Origin: Octopus bimaculoides
Taxonomy: Eukaryota
Assembly: GCF_001194135.2 (NCBI RefSeq)
Contig: NC_068985.1
Location: 69,304,085 to 69,368,084 of the forward strand
DNA length: 64,000 nt
Direction: 5' to 3'
A program made the translations under genes and the position numbers. The notes beneath the pieces were generated by a model. It was given only the letters and a program-made list of their open reading frames with translations. It was not told where the DNA came from and did no database searches. Shown one piece after another: positions 41,040-55,249 of this stretch. How positions within the stretch are numbered: position 1 is the first letter of the stretch; every line of letters begins with the position of its first letter.

Positions 41040-41395
41040 AGGATAAAAGTCAAGCGGTATTCCGTCTTTACATAGAATTTCATCTCTTCGGGGTCGATGA
41101 AATGAATACCACCTGAGTTTAATAGAGTTGATGTAATCGAATCAACCTCTCTCAAAATTGCTGGCCTTGTACCAAAATTTGAGACCAATTTGATCCATCC
41201 GTCGGAGTGCTAGAAGACCCGTTAGCATTATTTCGTCTCTTGTCCAGAATTCAAATTTCAACAAGGTTGATTTTGCCTTTCATCTTTTGAGGTCGATGAA
41301 ATAGCGTCAGTTACTCATTTGAGTCAATGCAATCGACAAGCCCAATCCCCTAGGGAATTTTAACCTTATGCCTATAGTAAAAAGAAGTATTTCAC
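41040..41395 (+). mobile_element. Two adjacent decayed SINE copies
   Basis: TTTCATCTCTTCGGGGTCGATGAAAT (~41080-41103) and GCCTTTCATCTTTTGAGGTCGATGAAAT (~41275-41302). Confidence 0.7.
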
Positions 41396-41679
41396 ACACG
41401 TCTAATAATATGCATATATTCACACCTATGTACATTTGTATACGCATGTATTCTAGTTTGTATAATTGCACATATATGAGATGAAGTGAGTCTTCCACAT
41501 CAAATGAGAGTACAAAGGAAAATGGAAGTTAAATTATTTACATCGTACAATGAGAATAGACTCTCGTAATATGAGTATGACTCTGTTGTTTCCTACCGAA
41601 CAATTTGCACAATTTGTTTATAGCGATCATACGTGTGTATCTCAAATTAGCACACTCTCTCCGTGAAATTGCCATTGCC

Positions 41680-41840
41680 TGAACAGATGCACGGTGTACC
41701 TCATCAGAAGTTCAATGATCACAGAGCAACCTGAGATGAAGTGTTTTCCTCAACAGCACAACATGTCACCCGGTACAGGAATTGAAACCACGAGATCACA
41801 CTCGGGAGCACAACAACTTATTCACTAAGCCGTGCGTCTA
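41680..41840 (-). mobile_element. tRNA-derived SINE fragment
   Basis: Minus strand GGCTTAGTGAATAAG (A-box-like) ... GGTTTCAATTCC (B-box-like). Confidence 0.55.
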
Positions 41841-44800
41841 CATTTGCATCTTATAATATTTTGTATCATAGAATCAAGTATTTAAATTATTGTCAATGAC
41901 ACTATGTCTCAGTTAGTGAAATATTTTCACTGTCCATTATGAGTGTTTCCTACAATATGCTATTTCCAACCTAATGACGGAGATATCAAGAATAAAATTA
42001 TTCTTATTCGAAAAACTTAACTGGCTTAATTATAAAATCGAATGTAGTAGTGTGACGTTAAACAAAGACAATTGTGGTTGTCCTCAATCTTGTCACAGGT
42101 GTCTACAAATATACCCTTTTGCCAAAAAATTAGAGACGGTAATCTACTCTGAGTTTCCTGACAAATTTCGACCACACTTTTTCACAGCGAGGAAATATCT
42201 GCAGCTTGCTTAGTGTCAATGCCTGTCAATACAATATCAGCCAAACCACGCATGCAACAAAAACACAAATGCACAAGTGGAATTAAAACGAAAGTTAATT
42301 ACCATATATATATAATTCAGTTGATGTTACTATTCTTCATCTCTACCCAACATTTCAGTAATAGATTTCTATCAGCTCATTTCTCAGTGGGATTGTACGC
42401 AGTTTTCATAAACTCACTGCAGCACCTATCATACTGATGTTGTTGATTTTTCGATAAATAAAATCCTTTAGAAATGGTTACAGCTGTCCATGAAATAGTT
42501 CATTTTCCTAAAAGTACTGTGTACATGTACATTCAGGCGTTTAAATTATATTATGTAAATTTTTATTTAGGTAAATAGTGCTACATTAGTTATTATTTTA
42601 TGTCTGATGGATACTTGTTTTGAGAAGTACATTACTCAAATACTAAATTCTGCTTGCAATGAACCGTGAAATTCTTTGTTATGTTTGAACATATTTGCGT
42701 ATGCTGGCGCTTAGTAGAATCACATTAGGATCACAGCCGGAACGATTGAGTTGTAAAGCAACAATCTTAAATATACATGAATGCCAGTGCCATATTATCG
42801 ACGATCTTGTCTCTTATACTTCACTTGTGTCTGAAACGTGATGCTGAGGTATTGTACTTGTGACAGAAAATTGTGTTAATAGGAAATTGAAAGATACCTC
42901 TGGGAATTATTTCTTGAGTGTTCACAGTGAAGTAACAGTGTTTGAAGACTCTCCATCATTTGCTGAGCAGGAAAACAGTGAAAGTAAACGCAGAAACAAT
43001 AAATATGATGCACGTTTTAGAAATGTAATATGGGAAAATTTGATGAACAATGCTTGTGAGATATGCTCCAGCGGATAAGCAATGTGTTTCTAAGTCATAA
43101 ACTAGACCAGTGAAACTAAATTCTCCTGCAGCAATATTTTCATGGTCAGATATCAATTCTTCCAAGCTGTAGACTCACTCTAACATGAAATGTGATTAAT
43201 AATACTTGCAACATGCTATCAGAATAGGGCAAGTATATTAATTCATATCGTTGTGTAAGGATACCAGGCCATCGCATCCTACACTACATCATATCAAGGA
43301 GCACCCTGCTTGCACTGGAGTTTAATCTGCCAGTGTTTTATTTCAGGGCATTAATCAATTCATTGTTCAACATTCCACTTAAATAGCTGCCTAGAAATTG
43401 GAAATTATTAATTGTTGACAGGGAAATAAATGACACTTTCTGTAATTATAACCAAGTAGACCGAATGGCGAAATATTCAGTCAAATAGCTAAACGTAACA
43501 CACATTTATTTTCAGTTTTCTCCTGCCTAAACAATTTTCCTCACTCCTGCATATATTCGATGCACTGCGGGAATGCTGATCTCTATCCATTTTTTTATAA
43601 CTAGTGTTCTCTTCAAAGCATGTAAATCCAACAGATACAAAAATGAAACCAAGTTTGAGTGACAAATATGTTTCCTCCCAACATGACTCTTAACTTCGGT
43701 TTCGGGTGGGTCCAATGTTTCTTTCTGTAATATTAGTATATTGAGGTTAATTTTAGTCATCCTATTGTAATTAATTCACCTAATATAATATAGTATGTAT
43801 TTTATCTGATGAAAATGTCCTAAACCAATAAAGAATTAAGATGCTGCTTTGTCATTTCACAACAAAACATAATCAATATTATCGGTTGACAGTATAACTG
43901 TGTTTATGCTAATTTTCTGATTATTTTTCCCTTCAGTGCAACTCAACAAAACTTCGTTTCTGTTTGTTCATTTCTTCCAATAAAGAAGTGCAAAAAATTT
44001 GAACTAGCACCTTCTGAATGTGTAGTTATTTAGATTTATCTCAACCATGCTTGACGCGACTTTGATACAATATATTATACTCTTAACCATCCTGGTTTAG
44101 TCAATTTTTATCATAGTGCATCCTTATCGATGTAAGATTCATTACCTTCTGTGTTAAACACATCATCATCGATATAGCTGTTAAATTAAATTCTCTAAAA
44201 ATTATTTGTGACATAAGAAATCCAGGAGATTTTTGTCAGGGTATTAGCTGGGCATAAATTTCGGTTATCAATTAATGAATTGTGGGTAAGATATACCTGG
44301 CCTCAGTTGAATTTATTTCGCCATACAATAATTAATTTCAAAGATAATGAACTACGCAGGCATTCACAATACATCTGTTTTAAATAAATGACTACTGCGT
44401 TAGCCTTCTTTATTGAGTAAACTTTCGGCTATTACGGTAGAATTTCGTGGGTGTCAATTGGACTTCGATGTTTGCTCTCTGTCTCTTTAATAACAATCGA
44501 TTTACCTAGAATTGTCTTTCATATGACATTGTATGTTATATCTGTACGTACAAAATCCTCTTATTTTAAATCATCTTAAGCTGAGTTTATTCCATGGAAA
44601 ATGGAATAGAATATTCAAAGAAATTATAATGGAGCTAAGTGTCTGACTTTGTAAAGCGCGAGCTGGTAACAGTAAGAGTAACAATAAAAGTAGTTTAGTA
44701 GCCGACTACTGTGAAGCCATTAACAAATACAGCTAATTAGACGCTTAGCCGCAGTGTTATTTGGACGGCTTAGTTTTCTAAATATCGTATTACAAGATAT

Positions 44801-46189
44801 TCTGTATAATCGATTTACGTAGCACAAGAACTGCGTTGCGTTGTATTCCAATTATAGTATTTACCTTTTGCGGCAGACGTTCAAATGCTCTGTCTTTAAA
44901 CCTCTTACATTCGGTTATAGTATAATCTTATTCGCTAAACTGAGTTTCAAGGTACGTATGCTTATTTATTGGCGGCGCCGGATAAGGCAACACTAGAAAG
45001 AAATATAAATATTTAGAATTGTCTTATAAAATTATGGCACTGAATAACGCAAAATATAAGTTTTTAAATATTTTCTGCATTGTAGTTTATCAAATTAATC
45101 ACGAAGAATTATATGCCAACCCTTCACATTTTACCCTAGATAAAATATAGTCTTTGTCTTAAGTCAACTAATAAGCAATTGTTATCAGGTATGGCGCCCA
45201 CTTAGAGTTCTGAAACAATTAGACTTACAGTTATTGTTCAATATTTCCATTCTCACAGAGATCTCTAAAAGAAAGAAAAAATATAGAGTATCGAGTTAAA
45301 CTCCATTGAATTAAACACAACGAAGACAGTATCCGGGCCTTAACCAAACGTATCATTCATCGCCCTGGATTTGGGGACTATTTTTCATTAAATGTGTTGG
45401 TTGTATCATTGCTTACTGATAAGAATAACACAAGTCTGTATTTTTAAATGTCATAAATCATTATTGACTACTTATAGCTGATTCTAAACCATTTTATAAT
45501 ATTGATTTTGAATATGTTTTTAATTTTCGCCTATTACGTACAGATTTTGCACAAATGGGTGCCAAAGATATGTTCACGTTTCTTGTCATTCATTCTCTTT
45601 TGTAACAGACTTTTAGATTTAAAAAAGTATGATAAAATTACGAACAAATGACTAGAGAAATAATTTTAAAAAAAGATATGAATAATATGTGTAAGCCTAC
45701 ATATTGATTGAATATATATTTTTAATGCACTTACCAGGGCTCTAATGCAATGTTACTCTTTTTCAAGCCTCCTTTTCTTTGATTTCCTTCCAGGTTTTGG
45801 TAGATGCTTATAGTCTCTCTTTAGGGCTCAGAAGTAATCCATCGTCATGTTTACATGCCACCTCCTCTGGTACCTCCGCTCTATTTCTTTAACGTCCTGG
45901 TGAAATCTCTCACCGTGTTCAACGCTTAGATTTCCAAGGAATTCTGGGAAATAGCCGAGTTGTGAGTAAAGTAAGTGCATTTTAACACAGACGTTGCATT
46001 CAAGTTAATTGAAGTTTTGGAACATGGTATCAACTATGACTTTGTAATTGGAACACTTATTATTTCACAAAAAGTTCTCGACAAAACACTTGAAGCTCAC
46101 CAATGCCTGTTGTCAGACTCATTCATTAATTTCTCATACTCTAAAACACAAATATTCCAGCTTTAACTTTTCTCACTGACTATATTTAG

Positions 46190-47244
46190 GAATATTTTTG
46201 AGAGATACTGCAAACATGTCTTGCAGACAAAGATGGTAGCAGTAATTTAGTAGATTCAAAACACAGGTTCGTGCAAAATGTTTTTGTATCCAAGAAACAC
46301 ACATCTCCTTTGTGGCCAGATTTTAACCACCTAGTGCTTTTCATTAGCTCTTCAGTCCCATTCACATAAGGAACCACGACATTTTCGTGTAACCTGCTTG
46401 TTGGCCTGAAAGCATGCGCACAATTTCGCAATCTCCACACACATGCCAGTGATATTCTGCATAATTTATATTTTATATTTTTTACATTTTAATACGTCTA
46501 ATTTAGTAATACAGAATGTACTATTGGAATGGATGAATACTTATTTCCATAGTGTAGCAAGACAGCCTCCAAACTCCTTTTGGAGGAATCATTGAATAGC
46601 CACGGTTCGGAGGGATGGCTCTCGATCCCAAAATAGTTTAGAAGGTTTGGAATATTATAGCAAAATGCAACTGATTCATTCTCAGCAAAGAATGGTAACA
46701 ACTCTTGTTCTCTGTGACTATACCAAGGAAAGAAGTTTGCCGGTGATAAAAACGTTTTCATTTGTAGCCTAGAACCAAGAAGTTCCGGTGCATCTTTTGG
46801 TAGGTTAAGATTTCTCACGAAATCTTGTGTAAATAACTGTGGACATTATATTTTGCCAGTAGTGTAGTTATCATCTCTTCTTCACATTTTCTTCTTCCTC
46901 ACTATCTGATGTAACATTCTTCAAAACAATTGAGGGGGGAGGGGTGAGAGTAACTAGAAAGTCAGTTCCACGTGTAATAGACCGTATAACCGAGGGAATA
47001 CTATTATACACTATCTTATGTTTATTTTCTGCACTGTACCCATCAACTTTACTCATGCAGAAATAACAATTGTCAACGTAGTTACTCGGTTCTCGCCACA
47101 CCATTGGTATTTCTTACTGCCTTTCCAGAGTCGCAACTCCCCCACAAAAGTGCGACATGCTTTGTGTGGAGCCCAAGGTTTGTCTTCATCACCGATTTTA
47201 ACATCAAAATAAGCGAAATGTAGATTTTTATACAAGATCAATTA
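46190..47244 (-). mobile_element. Chapaev3-like (CMC) DNA transposase remnant
   Basis: YFDVKIGDEDKPWAPHKACRT; MVWREPSNYVDNCYFC; ELLGSRLQ; WLFNDSSKRSLEAVLLHYGNKYSSIPIVHS; GQQAGYTK; family assignment from recalled motif set. Confidence 0.8.
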
Positions 47245-47246
47245 TA

Positions 47247-48146
47247 CACTGAACCGCAAAAGAAACGTGTTTTTTCAAATGTCAATTTTATACGGTGATG
47301 TAAGTGTACATATTCCAAGACATGCTGGTTTATGGCGGAGACCCAAATTGTAGGTAACCTTTCAACTTTCCCTGAAACGAGACACCAAAACGCAGCTGCT
47401 TTGAATGCCGAGATTGGCTCTAGCAAAACATTGTCATGAAAACCGAAGTGCATGTGTATCTAAGTGAGGTTATGGATATAAAAAGCACTTGGACCGCGTT
47501 CCTGGAATTCGTAATTTGGACACATCAGGTATGACTCGATTGTCAGCAGCGCAGAGAGGACAAGCTATGAACCGATTGCAAGCGGGGTAGTGTGCCCAGG
47601 ATGTTGCGAAAACTTACAATATCCATGTAAGCACCATCTATCGTCAGCAACAACGATACAACTACACCAACAGCACTGCAGACCATCCCGCAGAGGGCGC
47701 GCGCGGGTGGCTACACCCAGGCAGGACCGCTCTATCTACCTGCAACACCTCTGTGACCGCTTCAGACCGGCCAGCGCAACGGCTCGTGAAACCTTTGGCA
47801 GTGGACAGCGACCCATCAGCGAGAACATAGTAAAACGTCGACTGGCCGCCAACAAACTGCGTTGCCGTTGTCCTGCTCGAGAACCTGTCCTCACCGCACG
47901 CCACCGTCAGGCATGACTATAGTGGGATACACAGCACCAACACTGGTGGCATCAACAATGAAAGTCGATAGTCTCCTCTGACGAGAGCCGATACTGAGTT
48001 TCCACCTTGGATGTCAGAGTGAGGGTGTGAAGTAGGAAGGGCGAACGATACAGAGACCACATGTGATGGAGTGAGACACGTGGCGTGACCAAAGCATCAT
48101 GGTTTGGAATGCTATAGGCCAGAATCATAGAACTGACCCCGTCAAG
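47247..48146 (+). mobile_element. Tc1 element, 5' end with left TIR and transposase through the first catalytic D
   Basis: TA|CACTGAACCGCAAAAGAAACG; ATG 47531 MTRLSAAQRGQAMNRLQAG...HVSTIYR...GRARVATPRQDR...VSSDESRY...SIMVWNAI; right part missing. Confidence 0.9.
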
Positions 48147-51100
48147 GTCACGTCGTCTGTCTGAGTTGCCAACAGCTGGTTTATAAGCTTTATATTGGCC
48201 GCTATTTTAACTTTACTAATGTAAACTAATATTTTATAGCAATCTGTTTTGTTGAACAAAATAAATTGGATAATACCTGTCGTGTGTTTCTTTGATTACA
48301 TAATACAGAAAAAAAAAACAAAGCTTTATCACTGAAAAACTAGACATGATTGAGAAAAAAAAACTACTAACAAATCTGAAATCAGCGTAAAAAAAATTAC
48401 CTAAAAACATTTAAACATAGAAAGTCATGCAGACTTGTGTGATCAATATAAAGAAGGAACAGGCGCTTCTATTCTCCTACAATACTGCTGGCTGATGAAA
48501 GTCACATTGTCTTGCTTGCTTCAACAAACAGTTATACTAATGGTTGATAAACATATAGACTGGATTGAATTACGGAAATTTAAAAACAAAAACACATGGT
48601 TCCAGATCCCATTAAAGAGGAGTAAGAAAGTATACGCATAAAGTCCATAACACCATCATCTTCTTAAATGTCTGAGTCGATGCCATCACACTTTCGATGA
48701 ATTTATACGTCCTCTAACATCACATCATGTAACAAATATCAACTGTTTGTTGCTCCTATGCTCTCTTTTTTACGGTTTATTTTTCAAAAATTCTAATTTA
48801 ATTTTAGACTAAGTTGTTTTCTGATTTTGCTCATCTGGGTACGACAACGAACATTTTGGAGCCATCTACATGTTTACTGAAGTGAGATGTTTTCATGTAT
48901 GACAGGTTGTCGCGACATACAAAACGAGCTAAACTCAGAAACGTCTAAAAGCAAATGTAGTGCCGCAGTATAGAAGCATATTCTTATGCTATTAAATTTA
49001 GAATATACTAAACTGCATGCGATTTTATTCTGAAGGTGCACTGCATTCAGAGAGAAGTTCATTGTGTAGAACTGCAGACAAAATCTAAGGATACACTTCA
49101 ACTTCACGTCGTCCCGGAATATTTTCTTGAGATAGTGCAACAACAATAAAAATGCAACTGATTCTAATATCTTTATCTTGTTCATCAAATCCCCAATGTC
49201 AGTGTTTGAAAATAGCATTTTCGATTTTTATGAAGAGCCGACTGTGAAATCTACTCAAAACAACTGAGTAAAAAGCATATTGTGCGCCCTTTTCATCGCG
49301 TCTGTCCTCCAATGAAAGACCTTAGAATTACCGGTAACTAAAATTCGGAAACTTAGGTCTAATAATACTTTTTGTTAGTATTTTATTTCTATTACTCTGT
49401 TCCTCGGGGCAAGGAATTCACTAAATAATATAAATATTGCTGTAATATTGCAATATAAATGGTCAAGTCTCACTAGATTCGAAGAATACTTCTCTCGCTA
49501 TAAATAGATCTGTAAACTATTTCTCCTACCGTCAGCTAATGGATTGTATTATTGAATTGAAATTTGGTTTAAATTAATTAACATTTTTTACTATTTACAC
49601 TACAATAATGAAAATAATTCTTCAGCTATAGACATGCAAGAAAGGGTGTGCAATGCACTAGCAGAATATTTGCAGAAATATACACAGTTGCTACATCACA
49701 CACATGCACACATACGCAAGTGCATAAGTACACACATATGCATATAAAATAAATAAAATTAGGCGTAAAATACAGTGTGATTAGAATCAGAATCTTGCAG
49801 GAGATTTACATTCTAAACCAACAAACTTTGAACCGCTTGATCACACTAAATTGGCAAATAAATAGAATACAAATACATGTACACACATGTGTATACGTGT
49901 ATAAACGTGTATCTATCAATATGTATACATACATTATACATATAATCATATATGTGTGTGTATGAGCCTATTGATCATCTATCTATACAACTTTCTTTTT
50001 GCTATGCAAGCACAAGTATTAATATAGCGATGCTCACTCAGGCACCAACATATATGTGTATACCCGCACACAAATATACACACATATATATATACATATA
50101 CACTAGCATACGTAACTACACATATATGACTGTATTTAAGAATGTGTGTACATATTTATATGCCGGCACAAAGACTAACTCATTCAGGTACCATTACGCA
50201 TGCATATATAAATAGTAGTCATAAAATAGCATAAGAAAATATTTATACATAAACACTGACATAAATTTGGATGAAGGCTCACAATTATCTATATGTGGCT
50301 GTCTCCCAAGCAGGCTTATCTTGAAAATTGTGATTTATATAGGATATAAAACACTGAAGCATGCTGGGACATACGAACATAAAATTATTTATCAATAATG
50401 CATACCTTCACATAACCAATCTTCCATTAGATGTGAAAGTATGCTTATATGGAAATACATATGCGTCTATAGATGTAAAGGTCCAAGTATGTGTGAGTCT
50501 ATATTTATATCTAACAATGTGTGTATAGTATATATTTGTGGCAATGGAATATATATTGTCTTTGTAATAATAATAAAAAATAGCATATCTTTGAGGAAAA
50601 TTTTTGTGAACTTCTATGTAAACTCTCATAGAAATATATTTTATGTACAAGCACTTTCAAGTACACACCTATATACGCAACTATTCTTGCGGACACACAA
50701 ATCACAGGCCGACACACACATTCGAACGCACACACACGCACAGACATGCATGCGTACGCGCAAGGACACACATGCACATACACACATATGAACGCCAATC
50801 TCTTAAACACGCAACCATATGCGCGAACGAATACACACATATACATACAGGCAAATATGAAAGCTAAAATTTAGAAACAAGATATACTTCTGTTTTAAAA
50901 ACGGAAAATGATATAGAAAATCTTTTTCTTCATTAAATTCGATAATTCTCTCTTACTCAATTTCCTGCTTTCATACTCCTCGGAATAAAGATCTCTTATT
51001 TCTTGGAAAACGGCATCTAGCAAATTTGTCATGTTTATATTTGTTATTACATATTTTACTGCCCAGGAGAAGTGTGTTGACTATGATATTTGCAGAGCCT

Positions 51101-52289
51101 CACATTTCTGGACAGGAACGCATATTGATGCAGGATCTTGTTTGATATTGTTGCAACATGAAAAACACGAATAAATTTATCAATGTCCAAATAGTATTGA
51201 TAAATTAAGAAGAATTTAAAGTGACGCCCCGTAGTTAATATAAAGCTATTTAGATTAGACTTTTATAGAATGTTTCTATTAATTACTTGAGTATAGGAAC
51301 AGAGCCCTCGTGGATCGATTGAAGACGTAGCTCCTGTTGTCTGTAATGATATATCCCAGTAGGACATATACAAATCTATTCCTATGGATTTATGCGCAGC
51401 CTCCACACACTGTAATCCATAGAAAATTTAACCCTCTGTTAATAGCAAAACTTATTTACAATATGCCACTTTTATGCCTACGTGAACAAACTAGCCACAA
51501 AAGTAACTTCGTAAGAACGTTTTTAGTGCGTTTTTAAAAGGTAGACATGACATCGGTAGTTATCACACTTTTAGATTTTCTTCTACTCTGTTCCATTTTA
51601 GTTCAATCACTTCTGCATGTTTCCACATTTTAACGTTTATGTTTTTATCACCATGGTCTCTGATGACTCACAACGTGTGAATATAATAGGGTCTATTGAT
51701 TTCATATCATTCCAGTTAATGTCGTCCTTATATGAAATAAATGAACCTAGTAATACTCTCACGAAAACCAATCTAATCTTTTTCCCCTGTTCTAGCTATT
51801 AACTATTACGCGTTAATTATGGCTAGCTCAACTACTAATAAGCCAAATGACTAATATTTAAATAACATAGCATTAATATATTTTCTCTATTTACTATTAA
51901 TATAGACTGCAGAAGAAAAGCAACAGTGTGGCCAACAGTAACGACATAATTACGTTAAGATTAATTTTTAAAATTATTTGTTGTACATTATAAGTATGAA
52001 AAAGTGCTCATCTGCGAATAAAGGATATCAAATGTGAGCATCAACGAGTTCCCTGCGAGGAAAAATTAAATTTGAGATCATCGCCCAACAGTATTTGAAA
52101 AACCACAAAAGAAATGAAAGAAAAGTAATTTTAATGTAATTCATTTAATGTAATTCATTTCAAGTCGAAAGATTTCCTTCGTATGAAGCATTATTACTGC
52201 CAGAAACGGTATCACAGCAAAACATGTTCCCTCAAAAAGTTAACACTAAGCAGGTAGGTTCATCTCCTACGGTAACTGCCCAAACGGAA

Positions 52290-52600
52290 AACAAAATTAG
52301 GGGATAACGATGGACAGATGAAGACTGCATTGGTATATTACATGCATTCTACTTTGCGACACAATACCGGGATATCCATAGCAATAATATAAGAAAGATT
52401 TGAGATTTTGAGGAGAAAATAATACAGATACAATGAAAAACATTATGCAAAATATATTTTCAAACATTGGACGCGAAAAGAAAGTTCCCGAAACCAAAAT
52501 AGACAAACTCATACACAAAATGGACTGAAAATAAACCGAAACTCCTAACAACTCAAAAGAATGGGCTAAAATTAAAGAAAAGATGCATCTCAAACTGTCA
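52290..52600 (+). mobile_element. Possible R4/Dong LINE N-terminal fragment
   Basis: RWTDEDCIGILHAFYFA resembles the N-terminal 'KWT.EE...VM.AYY.A' segment of Dong-type ORFs. Confidence 0.35.
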
Positions 52601-52719
52601 TACTACATGTGTGTGGAATTTTAGCGGCAATGTACTGTACAGAGAGCGCGGTGGGGCAGTGCTCAATTTGAACTTCACCACCTACCACGTAATATGCGGC
52701 ATCTTTCGGACAGGGATTA

Positions 52720-53900
52720 GTGGTTCTTCAAAATGCCTATAATAGATGAAGATATACAGGTCGCGATGACTAGTTGCACAAGTGAGGAGTCTCCGGAGTT
52801 GGATGGTCTGCCCTTCGTGTTTTATCGTTATATCCCAAAGTTTTCAGTGATCTTTTGGCGGATGTCTAACACTACTGGCTACAAAATGGGAGAATTCCCA
52901 GTGCTGTGATCCGCGATGTAGAGGTCATGCTAAGAAAAGACTCGAACAATGGGAAACTAAATAGATAGTTATAGTCACGTAACTCTCTTAAATGCAGATT
53001 ATAGGATTATATCGAAGACGTGTGTCAAGAGGTTGACACTTGTCGTCAATTAATTGGTGACGCGCCGAAACGTGCTGTCCCAGATACATCTATCCCCAAC
53101 AACCTCCAGCTCATGTCTTCAGTCTTACAGTGTTTTAGTAAGAAACCGTACATGGGCGGGACCTCGATCAATTTGGTTCAATCAAAAACTTTTGATAGGG
53201 TAGATCACCAATGCTTGGAGGCTGTCCTCGCATCGGTTGGTTTCAGTCCCGTCTCCAGAGGCTGGATCACTGTGCTGGCTGTCCATCTGCTGTCACCAGC
53301 TGCTGAGTGCAGTCGGTATTCATGCGATGGTTAATGGTGTGAGGACATGTACAGATGCTTCCATATCTCCAGCGCTTCCTTAACAGTAAGCAAGTGTGGT
53401 CACCGTTTGCTGGACAGGATTTTCTAGAGCTGCTCTCATTGTCGGAGGTATACAGTGGATCAAGCGTAGATGGAAAAATGGAGCTTGACACTTGCAGTGT
53501 TACAAGCCCTCAAAGGTCTCACAGCCCACAGCCAGTTGGCAATACAGACGGTGAAAGTACCACATTGGAGTTCTGTAGGGGATCAGTGGCGAGCAAGAGC
53601 GATGACTTCATCGGTAAACTCCGGACGTCGGGGGAGATCAAATGGCTGGCCTTTTCCGGTAGACTTGTGGGCAGGAACCTATGAATAATTTATAGAAATA
53701 TCTGGCCTGGGAGTGCCACCTGGGAGGGGCGCTACCGTTCCAGAAAGCAATACAGGCACGGAAGTGCTGTCAAACAGACTTGCCCGAGATGTGTGTAGAG
53801 TTATATAATAGCTCTGTATGCTTTCATCCAGTTTCCAGACATCGATGACTTGAGGAGCTTTGTAGAACTTGACAAATGTGTCCTCAGGGAAGCAATGAAG
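52720..53900 (+). mobile_element. L1/Tx1-type ORF2 remnant (RT domains 0-3, internal deletion, C-terminal Cys region)
   Basis: ESPELDGLPFVFY; VTLLNADYRIISK; SIPNNLQLM...INLVQSKTFDRVDHQCLEAVL...GWI; then TTLEFCRG, LAWEC...GALP, YRHGSAVKQTCPRC. Confidence 0.85.
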
Positions 53901-54439
53901 AAAATGCAACAGACAAGATGACCTAACACTTTGCTTTCTTCTAAATAAATGTATGCATCTTCTAGGCAACATAATGAGACAACAGCGTTAGACTGCCAAT
54001 ATAAAAAAAACATGCGAAAGAAGAGTTTACTATTAAAATTGAAATGTATTCGTTCTAGCGAATCATTAGAATACACTCAAGATGTCAGTGCGTATGAACA
54101 TGGCGGGTCTCAAGCAGTTGTTAATGTTGCGTTCCTTTGCACTGGAATACAATTTTAAAATACGTTACGCGAAGTTCTAAGGGTATGTAACTCATTGTAG
54201 GCCGACAATTTTTGATGCTATATTTGTTTTAATAGTACATGTATGTTTAATTATTGTGTGCTTTATTGTACTATTCTATTATTACCTTGCTAACATGTGT
54301 GTATGTGCATGTGGGTACATGTGTGTTAATGTATGTGTGTATATGTGTATATTTACATTTGTGTATATGTAAATATTTGTAGATATATGTGTTTATATGT
54401 GTTTATGTGTAGGTGTGTTTAATTTTTTTAATTTTAAAA

Positions 54440-54535
54440 GTGGAGTGCACTGTACGTTCTGGGTTCAATTCCCACCAAGGCCGGACTTACTCTACATTCT
54501 TTTGGGGTCGATGAAATTACGTACCAGCATAGACT
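54440..54535 (+). mobile_element. SINE fragment
   Basis: TACGTTCTGGGTTCAATTCC B-box and TTTTGGGGTCGATGAAATTACGTACCAG. Confidence 0.7.
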
Positions 54536-55089
54536 GATTATACAGGTAGTTGTTTAACATATAAGAAAGGTTAAACATAAAACAAATTTAAAAAAAAACA
54601 ATCTCTTTCAATAAAGACATTTTTTGATCATATAAATAGTGAAATAAATAACTGAAAAGATGTGTCTGAAATAAATTTTTTGAACAGTTTTTAGAGAAAA
54701 ATTGAAATAAATTACTGATATACCGAAATATTTATTTTCATGTATGTGTAAGTAAAGGTTACTGGAGAGCAAAAGAAATGATTCCATCCTGACACTCAGC
54801 TAAAACTTCTAATGGCATTTTTTTCTTAATATAAATGTGTTTGTCTCTACATAGTTAATTCACAACAATATTTTCTAACTAAAGTTCATTTGATGGCATT
54901 TTTTACTGTCTTTGAAGGACACACATTAAAGATTCTTCTCTATCAACCCAAAATAAAAGTTAAAGTTTTTACTTTTCTTGACATTTAAGTAATGCTTACG
55001 TATACTCCTATATATTTAAGTATGTGTATATAAGCATGTGCGCACACACACATGCTCTCTCTCTCTCTCCCTCTCTCTCTCTCTCTCTC

Positions 55090-55109
55090 NNNNNNNNNNN
55101 NNNNNNNNN
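55090..55109. other. Assembly gap (20 N) between (CT)n and (TA/CATA)n
   Basis: N characters. Confidence 1.
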
Positions 55110-55249
55110 TATATATACATATGTATATACATACATATATACATTCATACATACATACATTACCACTCTCAAGAAGACCTAAAAACATTTTGTCTCAAAG
55201 ACGGGAACGAAAAGAGGGATTTCAGCCATACTGCATCTTTGCTAAATGT

